This document shows, one piece after another, positions 21,665 through 31,160 of a stretch of DNA of 32,000 nt. Every line of letters starts with the position of its first letter. The first letter of the stretch is position 1. The notes beneath the pieces are model-generated. The model was not told the origin of the DNA, did not search any database, and saw only the letters and a program-made list of their open reading frames with translations. Source of the stretch: Planctomycetales bacterium (GTDB lineage Bacteria > 4484-113 > JAFGCY01); contig CP060262.1 in NCBI GenBank assembly GCA_022646745.1, forward strand, positions 870,001 to 902,000. Direction: 5' to 3'. The position numbers and the translations under genes were made by a program.

Positions 21665-21803
21665 CTCAGCGGGCAGGTAACTGATTCATTCCTTTTAAGC
21701 TAAACTTCACCATTCGATTTCGTATAAGTTGCTGGAACGAGAGGCACCCAGGCCATGAGGGAGCAAGTGCGCATCGCAGCCCCAGCGGTTGGTGAGGTGC
21801 CTG

Positions 21804-24800
21804 ATGACCATGAGTGGATTGCTTGCACGGCCAGATTCTGCCGTACCGGGCCTGTTCCTTCCCCTGCTTGCTTTGGTGCTTGCAGTGCCATCCTGTGGTG
21901 GCCAGGCTTCCCGGCCGGAACAACCCGCCGGCGCTAACCAGAATCCAGCAGCATTCATGTCCACCCAGCTCACTGAGCTGGAGAACCTGCCCATGCCGGA
22001 CGGCATGGATGCGGCCCGGTGGGAGGAGCTGAAGTCTGCGATGCGCAGCCAGCTTGCAGGCGTGAAGGCGGTGCTTGCAGCCCCGGCCACGCCAGCCAGT
22101 GCCGCGAAGCTCGCGCTCGATGAGCTGACACTCACCCTGTCCTGGGGCTACGCCTGCCAGGGCGACTACGACCAGAACAGGGAAGTCAACATCGCGGACC
22201 TGTCCCCGCTGGGATCCGGATTTGGCACAACCACCAACGGGCTGGGGCCTTTCCCGCCGGGCAGTGTGGAAAGCATGGTGGACGGCGACTCAAATGGCGA
22301 ACTCAACATCGCCGACCTATCCCCGATTGGCAGCAACTTCGGCCGCCGGGTGGAGAAGTACAACATCTACCGCTCGCTGTCGATTGACGACCTGCCAGCC
22401 AGCAACGGCGGGCCGGTCGGCAGCGGGGCGGAACTGCTGGGCAGCCTGCCGCACAACCAGGCCACGGGCATCCCGAGCCAGGGCCAGTTGCAGTTCAGCT
22501 TCCAGTTGGAAAATGCCGCGCCGGGCTGGTTCTACTTCGTCAGGCCGGCCGATGGCAACAGCGAGGGCACACCCAGCAATGTGGCGAGTTTCGGGGCCAA
22601 GCCTGACAACCTTGCCCCGCTGGCCAGCTTCACGGCCGAGCCGCAGAGCGGCGATGCCCCGCTCGTGGTCAGCTTCGACGCCTCCGGCTCATCCGACCTT
22701 GATGGCGTGAACGGCGACATCAGCGACATCGTGCAGTTCCTCTGGGACTTCGATGGCGACGGCATCGTTGATGAAAGCAGCACTGCCCCCACCACGCAGC
22801 ATACCTACCTGCAGCCCGGCCAGTTCAATGTCACGCTCACGGTGTTTGACAGCGGGGCAGGCCAGGCCAGCCTGAGCATTGCCGATCCGCTGCCGAATGA
22901 GCCCCCGACCGCCGTCCTGACTGCTGACCAGCCGATCGGGAACGTCCCGCTGTCAGTCGTGTTCGATCCCACCGCATCTTCCGATACGGACGGCAGCATC
23001 ATCGTGACCGAGATGGACTTCGATGGCGACGGCAATTTTGACGACTTCAGCACGGACCCGGCCGAATCCTACACACACCTCTATGAAACGGCCGGCAACT
23101 TCAGCGCCACCCTGCGCGTGACGGATGACCGGGGTGCCCAGGCGACGGCGGTGGTGCTGGTGCAGCTCTCAGCCCAGGGGAACCTTCCCCCGCTGCCGCA
23201 GTTCAGCTTCCAGCCGGACAGCGGTGAGGTCCCGCTGGAAGTCGAGTTCGATGCCTCCGCCAGCACTGACCCGGATGGCACGATCGTCAGCTATGACTGG
23301 GACTTCAACAACGACGGGCTGGTTGACGACAGCAGCCCCGACCCGGTGCTGCAGCATGTCTTCACCGATGCCGGCACGTTCATTGTCAGGCTGACCGTCA
23401 CCGACGATGGCGGTCTGTCAACGTCAAGCATCTTCACTGATCCGCTGGAGGTGTCGGATCCGGGAAACCTTGCGCCGCTCGCCGTCCTCAGCGTCGAGGT
23501 CACACAGGCCGGCTTCCCGACGATTGTCAGCCTGGATCCCTCCGCATCCTCGGATCCTGACGGTACGATCAGCCAGTACGAGTATGACTTTGATGGTGAC
23601 GGCGACTTCGAGATCAGCGTCAACGATGATTCCGTGCAGCAGTATCCCTTCTACCGGACTGGATCCTTCAGCCCCGTGCTGCGAGTGACTGACAACGACG
23701 GCGCCAGCGCGACGGACAGTGACATCAGCGTACAGCCCACCGAAGGCTGGGCCACCGTGCTGGTGGACACCGTGCCGAATCCCTCAGATACATCGCTTGC
23801 ATTCGTGACCTCGGGCATCAATGGCCTGACCAGGCGATTCGTGGTCTGCTACACCGACAGCGTGGACGGCGCGTTGCGCTCCTCGAATGCTCCTGCCTTC
23901 CTGCCGACAGGCTGGACCACGCCGGTGCTGGCAGCGCCAGCCAGTGGTGATGCGGTTTCGCTGATTGAGGTTGACGACCGTCCCGCAGCCTTCTTCACCC
24001 TGCCTGGAGGTTCCGGCGTCGGGGGTGTCGGCTATGTCCGAGCCCTGGACGGCAAGGGCACAGGCTGGGGTGAGCCGCTGGCCGCCGCCACCTTCGGTGC
24101 TGCGGGTGCGGACCGCCTGAGTGCAGTGGTCACTGCCGGCAATCCGGGCGTCGTCAGTTGCCACGGTTCAAGCCTGCTGATTCGCTTCATCGCGGCAACA
24201 GATGCCACGGGCACGGCCTTCGCTGCCCCGGTGGATGTCTTCAGCGGGGGATCTTCCGCGCAGGTTCCCGGCATGCGCGCACTGGTGGTGGATGGCAATC
24301 CGGCTGTGTTCCACCTCAATGCGCCGGTGTTTGGCGACATGGAATACCGCGCAGCCACCACTGCCAGCGGCAGCAGCTGGCCGACGGAGCCCAGGACCGT
24401 CCTGCAGGATGTCAAGACGGGCACGCAGGGCTACATCGGCGCTGCCACCAAACTGTCAAACGGATTCCCGATGGTGGCCTTCCAGGACCTGGGCGACGCT
24501 TCAACGAAAGTCGTGCTGGCGATTGCCACAGTGATCGATGGCAGCTCCTGGCTGATCATCGAGGATCCGGTGGACCTGCCCTTCCTTGACGGCGCGCTGC
24601 TGTCGGATTTCAGCCTCGAGCTGCTCGGGGACCGCCCGCTGATGGTCTTCAGGATGCGCAACCAGGGGAATTCAGCTCTGGCATTCGCCATTGCGGATGA
24701 CGCCAGCGCGCTGAGCTGGGGTGATACGGAGATCCTCGATGGCACGGGCCGGCCCGGCCAGTCCTGTTCACTGGTGCACAATGGCACGCACTTTGTCGTC

Positions 24801-24860
24801 AGCCATTTCGACCAGGCCACGGGCGAGCTGCGGATCTCCACCCGGCCGACCTCGCTGTGA
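21804..24860 (+). CDS. Large lipoprotein: dockerin-like repeats, an Fn3-like domain, four PKD-like domains and a roughly 7-bladed propeller-like domain
   Basis: ATG 21804 lies 7 nt after GGTGAGG. The lipobox-like signal is LALVLAVPSCGG. The dockerin-like pair is GDYDQNREVNIADLSPLG / DGDSNGELNIADLSPIG. Four repeats show the PKD-like pattern (V.FDASGS.DPDG.I..Y.WDFDGDG...T.V.D). C-terminal blades include DDRPAAFF, AGNPGVVS, DGNPAVFH, NGFPMVAF and GDRPLMVF. Confidence 0.9.
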   Translation: MTMSGLLARPDSAVPGLFLPLLALVLAVPSCGGQASRPEQPAGANQNPAAFMSTQLTELENLPMPDGMDAARWEELKSAMRSQLAGVKAVLAAPATPASAAKLALDELTLTLSWGYACQGDYDQNREVNIADLSPLGSGFGTTTNGLGPFPPGSVESMVDGDSNGELNIADLSPIGSNFGRRVEKYNIYRSLSIDDLPASNGGPVGSGAELLGSLPHNQATGIPSQGQLQFSFQLENAAPGWFYFVRPADGNSEGTPSNVASFGAKPDNLAPLASFTAEPQSGDAPLVVSFDASGSSDLDGVNGDISDIVQFLWDFDGDGIVDESSTAPTTQHTYLQPGQFNVTLTVFDSGAGQASLSIADPLPNEPPTAVLTADQPIGNVPLSVVFDPTASSDTDGSIIVTEMDFDGDGNFDDFSTDPAESYTHLYETAGNFSATLRVTDDRGAQATAVVLVQLSAQGNLPPLPQFSFQPDSGEVPLEVEFDASASTDPDGTIVSYDWDFNNDGLVDDSSPDPVLQHVFTDAGTFIVRLTVTDDGGLSTSSIFTDPLEVSDPGNLAPLAVLSVEVTQAGFPTIVSLDPSASSDPDGTISQYEYDFDGDGDFEISVNDDSVQQYPFYRTGSFSPVLRVTDNDGASATDSDISVQPTEGWATVLVDTVPNPSDTSLAFVTSGINGLTRRFVVCYTDSVDGALRSSNAPAFLPTGWTTPVLAAPASGDAVSLIEVDDRPAAFFTLPGGSGVGGVGYVRALDGKGTGWGEPLAAATFGAAGADRLSAVVTAGNPGVVSCHGSSLLIRFIAATDATGTAFAAPVDVFSGGSSAQVPGMRALVVDGNPAVFHLNAPVFGDMEYRAATTASGSSWPTEPRTVLQDVKTGTQGYIGAATKLSNGFPMVAFQDLGDASTKVVLAIATVIDGSSWLIIEDPVDLPFLDGALLSDFSLELLGDRPLMVFRMRNQGNSALAFAIADDASALSWGDTEILDGTGRPGQSCSLVHNGTHFVVSHFDQATGELRISTRPTSL

Positions 24861-24999
24861 GTCACTGGCCCCTGCAGGATGGACCTCAGGGATGATATAA
24901 ATGTATTGCTGTAATTTCGGATTATGGCCGGTCCGAAACACCACGCAAGCTCCACCGAGCCCAGGTTGCTAATCGAACACCGGCAAAGTGGAAGGACTG

Positions 25000-27798
25000 A
25001 TGACCGCTCTACCCCATCGCCCGTCGTTGTTGCGCGCAGCCGGCGTGACCATGGCCACCGCGTTTATGCTGCTTGCCGCCTGCCAGGCTGGCCGGCCCAG
25101 CGTTCCGGCCTCCGGGGATGCCTCGGCTTACCTGTCCGCGCAGCTCAGTGAGCTGGATGCCATGCCGGCCCCGGATGGGGTGGATGCAGAGGACTGGCAG
25201 CAGCTCAAGGCCGGACTCGCCGCGATGCTGCAGCCGGGGCGTGCCGTGCTGGCAGCCCCTGTCACAGTGCCGAGTGCAGCAAAGCTCAGCCTCGATGACA
25301 ACGCCCTGCTGCTCAACTGGGGCTATGCCTGCCAGGGCGACTATGACCAGAACAGCGAGGTCAACATCGCCGACCTGGCCCCGCTGGGCACCAACTTCCA
25401 GGAGAAGAGCAACGGCGGCACATTCCCCGCAGGCAGTCTGCTGAGCATGATCGACGGTGACAACAACGGCGAGCTAAACATTGCGGACCTGTCCCCGATC
25501 GGCACCAACTTCGGCCGCCGCGTGAAGGCCTTCAACGTCTACCGCACTCTGAACCTCACTGACCTGCCGGCCACCTCCGGTGGCCCGGTCGGGGCAGGTG
25601 CCGAGCTGCTGGGCAGCGTGGCCTATGAGCAGTTCAGCGGCAACCGTACCATCGAGCAGCTGCGCTACTCCTTCCAGCTCGCCCAGGCCGCCCCTGGCTG
25701 GTTCTACTTCGTACGGCCGGCCGACGGCGCCAGCGAGGGCACGCCGAGCAACGTCGTCAGCTTCGGCGCCAAGCCGGGCAACCTCGACCCGCTGGCGGAA
25801 CTGCTTGCCAGCCCGCAGTCCGGCAACCTGCCGCTCAGTGTCAGCTTTGACGCTTCCGGTTCATCCGACCCGGACGGCGCGGCCGGCAACATCAACGACA
25901 TCATCCTGTTCTCCTGGGACTTCGACGGCGACGGCGTGGTGGACCAGTCCACCGCAGGCCCGAGCACCAGCCACGACTACCTTGCTGCCGGGAACTTCAC
26001 CGCCAGCGTGACGGTGTTCGATGAGGAGGCTGGCAGCGGCAAGGCCAGTGTTGCCATCTCCGTCACCGGCCCCGGCAACCAGAATCCCGTCGCCAGCTTC
26101 TCAGCCGATCCTCAGGGCGGCGGCATCCCGCTGCTGGTCAGCTTTGACGCCTCAGGCAGCACTGATCCAGACGGCAACATCACGAGTTTCGCCTGGGACT
26201 TCAACGGGGACGGCCTGACGGACTTCGTCGGCGGCACACCGTCTGCCCAGTTCAACTACACGACGGCCGGCAGTTTCGACGTGCGCCTCACCGTGCTGGA
26301 TGACAAATCCGCCTCGGACAGCACGGTGCTGACCATCGATGCGATCGATACGACGGTGAACCAGCCGCCGACGGCGGTGCTGTCCATCGAGCAGCCGACC
26401 GGTGAGGCCCCGCAGCTCGTCACGCTGGATGCGTCCGGCAGCAGTGACCCCGACGGCAGCATCGTCAGCTTCGCCTGGGACTTCGATGGCGACGGCATTT
26501 TCGACGCCCAGACCGTTGATTCAGAAATTGACCACAACTACCTCGTGGTCGGGGAATTCAACCCCGTTGTCAGGGTCACTGATGACTCCGGTGCGACTGA
26601 CGACGCCATCACTTCACTCACGATACACGGGTTCATCAAGATCCAGCTGCCGACAACGGGCACAGACGAGATGAGCCTGTGCATGGCCATGATCAGTGAG
26701 CACCCGGCGATCGTCTGGTCGGACGTCACAGTGCTGGGAACAGACCGGCTCACCTACTACGTGCGCGCCCTGACACCGGAGGCTGACGACGCTGCGGACT
26801 GGCCGGCCCCGATCATCGTGGAGGACCTTTCCGGCGACAGTTTTCCGAGTCCCCAGCTGATTGAGGCTGCCGACCGGCCGACGATAATCTGCGGACAGGA
26901 AGCGGAGGGCAGCCTGCTCCTGCGCTGCAACAGCGAGGACGGCATGGACCCGCAGGACTGGCTGGATGGCACGGAAGCGCTGGCCGGGGATATCTTCGGC
27001 GTGCATTCCGTTCCCCTGGCGGCTGCTGTCATCAATGGCAATCCGGCGATTGTATCGACCAATGCTTCCCTGACCGGAAGGCACCTGCGCTATACGCTCT
27101 CGAAGAACCCTGAGGGTACGGATCCGGATGACTGGCATCCCGGTGTCGAACTTGACTCCTACAGCGAATTCAGTTCCAAGCCCTCGGAGTGGACAGCAGC
27201 CAGCCTGAGCGTCGTCAATGGCCGTCCAGCGGTCGCCTACCTGCGGGACAGGCCGGCCCCTGACAGCCAGCTGTTCTACAACATTTCCCAGAGCGCTGAC
27301 GGAGTCAACGCCGCTGACTGGCTGGCCGGTTCGCTGCTGCTCGACTCCGGCAGCAGCGGCTTCACTCCCTCGCTGCTGACGGTCGCCGGTTTCCCGGCGG
27401 TGGTATATGTCGACGAGCAGGCCAACGGACTGAAGATGCGGCGCAGCAATGACAGCTTCGGCCGCCTGCTCAGTGACTGGCAACCCGCCTTTGCCTTCGG
27501 CCCGAATGATCCCGGCCTGCCAGGCCGGGTGCAGTCCGCCGCCGCCGTGGCGAGTTCCGTGCCCTTCGTCGCCGTCAGCGGACTGTTCCCCGACAGCCCG
27601 CTGATGCTGCATGCAAACACGGCGGATGTCGACGATGCAGTGGACTGGGGGGGCCTGCTGTTCCCCGGTGGCGACCTGACGATTGAGGATCCGGTTGCTC
27701 ACCTGAGCCATATGGCCGCCCTGGAAGTCAATGGCCGCCCGGCCTTCGCCTATGTCGACAGCGTGCTGCAGGACGTGGTGTTCGTGCTGCGCTTCTAG
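25000..27798 (+). CDS. Large lipoprotein, paralogue of 21804-24860: dockerin-like repeats, an Fn3-like domain, three PKD-like domains and a roughly 7-bladed propeller-like domain
   Basis: ATG 25000 is used; the track start GTG 24988 is also possible and RBS spacing is ambiguous. The lipobox is AFMLLAACQAG. The N-terminal ~270 aa are collinear with the previous gene (for example NWGYACQGDYDQNSEVNIADLAPLG). There are three PKD-like repeats. Blades include EHPAIVW, DRPTIIC, NGNPAIVS, NGRPAVAY, AGFPAVVY and NGRPAFAY. Confidence 0.9.
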   Translation: MTALPHRPSLLRAAGVTMATAFMLLAACQAGRPSVPASGDASAYLSAQLSELDAMPAPDGVDAEDWQQLKAGLAAMLQPGRAVLAAPVTVPSAAKLSLDDNALLLNWGYACQGDYDQNSEVNIADLAPLGTNFQEKSNGGTFPAGSLLSMIDGDNNGELNIADLSPIGTNFGRRVKAFNVYRTLNLTDLPATSGGPVGAGAELLGSVAYEQFSGNRTIEQLRYSFQLAQAAPGWFYFVRPADGASEGTPSNVVSFGAKPGNLDPLAELLASPQSGNLPLSVSFDASGSSDPDGAAGNINDIILFSWDFDGDGVVDQSTAGPSTSHDYLAAGNFTASVTVFDEEAGSGKASVAISVTGPGNQNPVASFSADPQGGGIPLLVSFDASGSTDPDGNITSFAWDFNGDGLTDFVGGTPSAQFNYTTAGSFDVRLTVLDDKSASDSTVLTIDAIDTTVNQPPTAVLSIEQPTGEAPQLVTLDASGSSDPDGSIVSFAWDFDGDGIFDAQTVDSEIDHNYLVVGEFNPVVRVTDDSGATDDAITSLTIHGFIKIQLPTTGTDEMSLCMAMISEHPAIVWSDVTVLGTDRLTYYVRALTPEADDAADWPAPIIVEDLSGDSFPSPQLIEAADRPTIICGQEAEGSLLLRCNSEDGMDPQDWLDGTEALAGDIFGVHSVPLAAAVINGNPAIVSTNASLTGRHLRYTLSKNPEGTDPDDWHPGVELDSYSEFSSKPSEWTAASLSVVNGRPAVAYLRDRPAPDSQLFYNISQSADGVNAADWLAGSLLLDSGSSGFTPSLLTVAGFPAVVYVDEQANGLKMRRSNDSFGRLLSDWQPAFAFGPNDPGLPGRVQSAAAVASSVPFVAVSGLFPDSPLMLHANTADVDDAVDWGGLLFPGGDLTIEDPVAHLSHMAALEVNGRPAFAYVDSVLQDVVFVLRF

Positions 27799-27814
27799 GC
27801 AGCGGACGCCGCGT

Positions 27815-28996
27815 TCAGAAGCTCAGGTGGTACTCGGCGACGAATGTCGTGTCGCTGCTGCGGCCGTCGGTGGCGAAGTCGTCATATTCACCGCGGCTCA
27901 GCTCAAGGCGCAGCTCGGCCAGCTCGCACAGCCGGCGGCCGTACATCAGGGCATAGCGGTTGCGCGCATGGTCAACGAACTGCTCGCTGCGCTGGTAGCC
28001 GAATGCCCAGGTGTCCTGTTCATCCGGCGTATGAGCCAGCTCGAAGTTCCAGGCCACCGGCTTGTCGCCGATGCCGTCCTCGTTGGCATCGAGGTCCGAG
28101 GCATCGAACTGCTCCAGCGCGGCGGTGTACTCCGCGATCGCATGCCAGCGCTTGCCTGACCAGTCATACTCACCGAACAGGTTCAGGCCAGGCACGCAGT
28201 TGGCGACCGGGGTGGTCTCGATGCCGCAGTCATGTTCCGCCAGCTGCGAGATGTAGCCCGCGCTGAACTGCCAGCCATCGGCGCAGTCCGTCGCCTCGCG
28301 GCGGCTGATGTCCCACCACAGCAGGTATTCGCTCAGCTCATCGGCCGGCTCCTGGCCGCCGTTGGTGGCGAAGCCGAGCTTCTCCACGTCCGGGTTGTAG
28401 AGGTAGGCCGCGATCCGGTAGCGCTCGTCGTCAATCCCGCCGCCGATCGCGCGTGCGGTGGTGGCACCGAGGTCGTTTGCAGCACTGTAGGTCGGGAAGA
28501 AGGAATTGTTGTCAGCGAAGGGCAGCATCATCCGGCCGAACTGGGCGAAGGCCCCGCTCTCCGGCTGCATGTACATCCCCCAGGCCTCGTACAGCTCGAC
28601 GGCCTCCTCATCCAGCATCAGGCTGAAGTGCCCGCTCCAGGGTCCCTGCGCCAGGTCCCAGCCGATCTCGCCCCAGTAGAGGTCGATGTCGCTCACATCC
28701 GAGGCGTCATTGCCGGCGATGCTGGACCAGAAACCCTGCAGCTGGAAATCGCCATAGAGTGTGTTCTCCAGCGGGACTTCACAGGGGTCCTCCGGCTGGC
28801 AGGCCTCGCATTCGGCGAGTACAGCCAGCTGCTCCTCCAGCACGGCGATCCGCTCCTTCAGTTCCGCCAGCTCATTGCTGGCCTGCTGCGCAGTCTGCGG
28901 CGCAGGCTGCGGCTCGGAAGCCGCGGCGGGAAGCGTAGCTGACAGTGAGACCAGCAGCACTGTCATCAGCAATGCGGGAGAAATCAGGCTGTTCAT
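27815..28996 (-). CDS. Putative outer-membrane beta-barrel (porin-like) protein with an N-terminal coiled coil
   Basis: ATG 28996 (M35 of the track ORF) gives the signal peptide MNSLISPALLMTVLLVSLSATLPAAASEP. The coiled-coil heptads are ELAELKERIAVLEEQLAVL. A Cys cluster CEACQPEDPCE follows. The rest is alternating aromatic/polar beta-strand sequence ending in the aromatic C-terminus ...FVAEYHLSF. Confidence 0.7.
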   Translation of the reverse strand: MNSLISPALLMTVLLVSLSATLPAAASEPQPAPQTAQQASNELAELKERIAVLEEQLAVLAECEACQPEDPCEVPLENTLYGDFQLQGFWSSIAGNDASDVSDIDLYWGEIGWDLAQGPWSGHFSLMLDEEAVELYEAWGMYMQPESGAFAQFGRMMLPFADNNSFFPTYSAANDLGATTARAIGGGIDDERYRIAAYLYNPDVEKLGFATNGGQEPADELSEYLLWWDISRREATDCADGWQFSAGYISQLAEHDCGIETTPVANCVPGLNLFGEYDWSGKRWHAIAEYTAALEQFDASDLDANEDGIGDKPVAWNFELAHTPDEQDTWAFGYQRSEQFVDHARNRYALMYGRRLCELAELRLELSRGEYDDFATDGRSSDTTFVAEYHLSF

Positions 28997-29142
28997 GCCA
29001 GTTTGATCGGCAGGTGCAGCAGGGGATGCAGCCGCAGCAGGCTCTTGGCCGGAAAATTCCAGTGAATAGAGGCCCCGAGCCAAATTCCTGATTGCCACCC
29101 ATCAGCGCTGAACCGGTGGCCCATGCCTGGCGTCCCAGATCC

Positions 29143-29817
29143 ATGGACACACAGGGCGGGATTCATGCGATCGGCCACAAGCACTGGCGACGGATCACTG
29201 CGTGGTCAGTTGCGATCATGTTGATTACCTACTGGACAGTGCTGCTGCCGGCATGGCGCTGGTACCGGATCGAGGATATGAAGATCAGCATGCTGCAGGC
29301 TGAGCAGGATCTGGACCAGCGCCTGGAACAGGAACTGCTGGACCTGCTGCAAAGGAAGCAGCATGGCAGCACGGTACAGGTGCGCAACAGCGACCCACTG
29401 ATCCCTGCAGACCTGGAGTTCAGGCTGGTCACCCTGGCGCTGACTGACAACAGCAGTCCCTTCGCTGATGCCCGCGGTGCGTATCTCTCGATCGGCGGCA
29501 CCATGCGACTGCCCGATGGCAGCACGCAGCATGTCGACCTCTCTCCGTCTCCCCAATTGCTGGATAGCATTGGGAGGCGTGGCCCTGCGCTGCTCAGCAT
29601 CGATGACAGGCCGACTGATCCCTGGTTCTATGGGAACGACCTCAGCGTGAACAGCGTTGTCATGATTGACAACAGGAGCTGTGCCGTCCAGCTGGGAAGA
29701 TTCTCCAGCTGCACTCAGCAATCGGCCACCGCATTCTTCAGCCACAGTCCGCTGTCAGGCTGGACGCTGCTTGGCTGGGACTCAAAGACCTGGGTAGCCG
29801 CAATTTCATGCATCTGA
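29143..29817 (+). CDS. Membrane-anchored hypothetical protein
   Basis: ATG 29143 is used; the track start at 29092 is rejected because it overlaps the divergent promoter region. The TM anchor is ITAWSVAIMLITYWTVLLPAW, followed by a short coiled segment QAEQDLDQRLEQELLDLLQRK. No family was recognised. Confidence 0.5.
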   Translation: MDTQGGIHAIGHKHWRRITAWSVAIMLITYWTVLLPAWRWYRIEDMKISMLQAEQDLDQRLEQELLDLLQRKQHGSTVQVRNSDPLIPADLEFRLVTLALTDNSSPFADARGAYLSIGGTMRLPDGSTQHVDLSPSPQLLDSIGRRGPALLSIDDRPTDPWFYGNDLSVNSVVMIDNRSCAVQLGRFSSCTQQSATAFFSHSPLSGWTLLGWDSKTWVAAISCI

Positions 29818-29838
29818 AGGTGCATCTATAATCTCCCC

Positions 29839-30948
29839 GTGGCAGTGAAGCACAGACAGCCCGATGATGCGTTGCAGCAGCTTGTTGACAGCCTGCGCGA
29901 GGAAGCGCGCATCCCCGGCTGCGTGCTTCTTGTGGACGATGGCTCAGGCCAGCCACCGCTCGGCATCGAATCCGGCTACAGTGATCCTGCCAATGGCCGG
30001 GCTGCCACACTGGGCGAGTATTACCCCATCGGCAGCGTGACGAAGACCTTCGTCGCCACGCTGTCGATGCGTGCCTGGCAGGCCGGGCTCCTGGACCTCG
30101 ACGAGCCGCTCGGGCTGCACCTGCCGGAGCTGGATGAGCTGCTGCCGATCGCCGGCGAAATGCCTGTGCGCCTGCTGCTGAACCACAGAAGCGGCCTGCC
30201 GAATTATTCGCTGCTGCTTGAGGGCCTGCCGCGCATCGTGGATGAGAAGCTGCTCAGCTGCCGCTGGCGCGAGCCGGAGATCCTCGCACTGCTGGAGAAA
30301 GTTGTGCCGCTGTATGCGCCAGGCGCGGGCTGGAACTACTGCAACACCAACTACCTGCTGCTTGGCATGCTGCTCGAACGCGTGCACAGTCGCGATCTGG
30401 CAACGCTGCTGGCCGAAGAGATCACGGGGCCACTCGGCATGGCCGACACGCTGTACATGGCAACGCAGGAAGTGCAGGGACCGCTGGCCGTGCCGCATCT
30501 TTCGGCACGTGATGGCTACCGCGCGATCCCCGAGCTGCACGCGCCGACGCTGTGGCGCGGGGCCGGGGCGATCGTGTCAACGGCTGCCGACCTGCTGCAG
30601 TACTCCCACGCACTGTTCGGCGGGGACCTGCTCGGGCACCAGCTGACAGCGGCGATGCAGGACTGGGAGGATGTCGAGCTCTCACGCGGGCCGGATGTCG
30701 GCCTGTACAACATCTCGGAGCTGGCCTTCGGGCTTGGGCTGCTGCGCTACGTGAAGAACGACGGGCTGGAGTTCATCGGGCACCACGGCGGGATCGTCGG
30801 CTACCGCGCCGAGCTTCTGTGGCTGCCGCGCGCCCGGATGCACATCGTGGCCCTTGGCAACCGGCACAAGTCCGACCTCGGCCGCGTGGTCTATGCCGTT
30901 GCCAGGCACTTGCTCGGCATGCCGCAGATGCCGCGTGGGCAGATGTGA
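29839..30948 (+). CDS. Beta-lactamase-fold serine hydrolase (class C beta-lactamase / DD-peptidase-related family)
   Basis: The SxxK motif is IGSVTKTF, the YxN motif lies in WNYCNTNYLLLG, and the third motif is IGHHGGIVGY. The spacing and the LLNHRSGLPNY stretch are typical of this family. The GTG start has no signal peptide. Confidence 0.85.
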   Translation: MAVKHRQPDDALQQLVDSLREEARIPGCVLLVDDGSGQPPLGIESGYSDPANGRAATLGEYYPIGSVTKTFVATLSMRAWQAGLLDLDEPLGLHLPELDELLPIAGEMPVRLLLNHRSGLPNYSLLLEGLPRIVDEKLLSCRWREPEILALLEKVVPLYAPGAGWNYCNTNYLLLGMLLERVHSRDLATLLAEEITGPLGMADTLYMATQEVQGPLAVPHLSARDGYRAIPELHAPTLWRGAGAIVSTAADLLQYSHALFGGDLLGHQLTAAMQDWEDVELSRGPDVGLYNISELAFGLGLLRYVKNDGLEFIGHHGGIVGYRAELLWLPRARMHIVALGNRHKSDLGRVVYAVARHLLGMPQMPRGQM

Positions 30949-31045
30949 CGACCTAAGTCAACTAGTCACATAGTCAATGAGTCAACATGTGGCATCCCGA
31001 CCCTTCACTATTGACTAAGTAACTACCTGACTGCTTGACTTGACA
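30946..31045 (+). repeat. Second composite 8-nt-period array: (GTCA N4)x4, ~27-nt spacer, (TGAC N4)x4
   Basis: The array starts at the stop codon TGA 30946. GTCA occurs at 30957, 30965, 30973 and 30981. TGAC, with one degenerate TAAC, occurs at 31012, 31020, 31028 and 31036, plus an off-phase TGAC at 31041. The architecture matches 1511-1601. Confidence 0.8.
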
Positions 31046-31102
31046 TGCGCCGAGGCGCAGAGGAATTCACCGAGCAGAAATCAGGAAGAACAACAATTTC
31101 TT

Positions 31103-31160
31103 GAAGTAGGGTGACGGTAATACCGCCACCCGGGATGGGGTGTTACCCCATCCCTACTTC
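31103..31160. repeat. REP/BIME-like double-hairpin element, copy B (58 nt)
   Basis: The sequence is GAAGTAGGGTGACGGTAATACCGCCACCCGGGATGGGGTGTTACCCCATCCCTACTTC. It differs from copy A (17522-17578) by one substitution and one inserted C. Both copies are followed by a CATCCC-rich tail. Confidence 0.75.

Noticed and set aside
8010-27711. Other long antisense ORFs (8010-8918 -, 11559-12578 -, 13832-14929 -, 20070-21593 -, 26614-27711 -, 28232-28942 +)
   Set aside because: Each lies opposite a gene with a signal peptide or lipobox, an RBS and repeated domain structure. Their translations are Arg/Ala/Val/His-rich without motifs. High GC suppresses stop codons on the non-coding strand.
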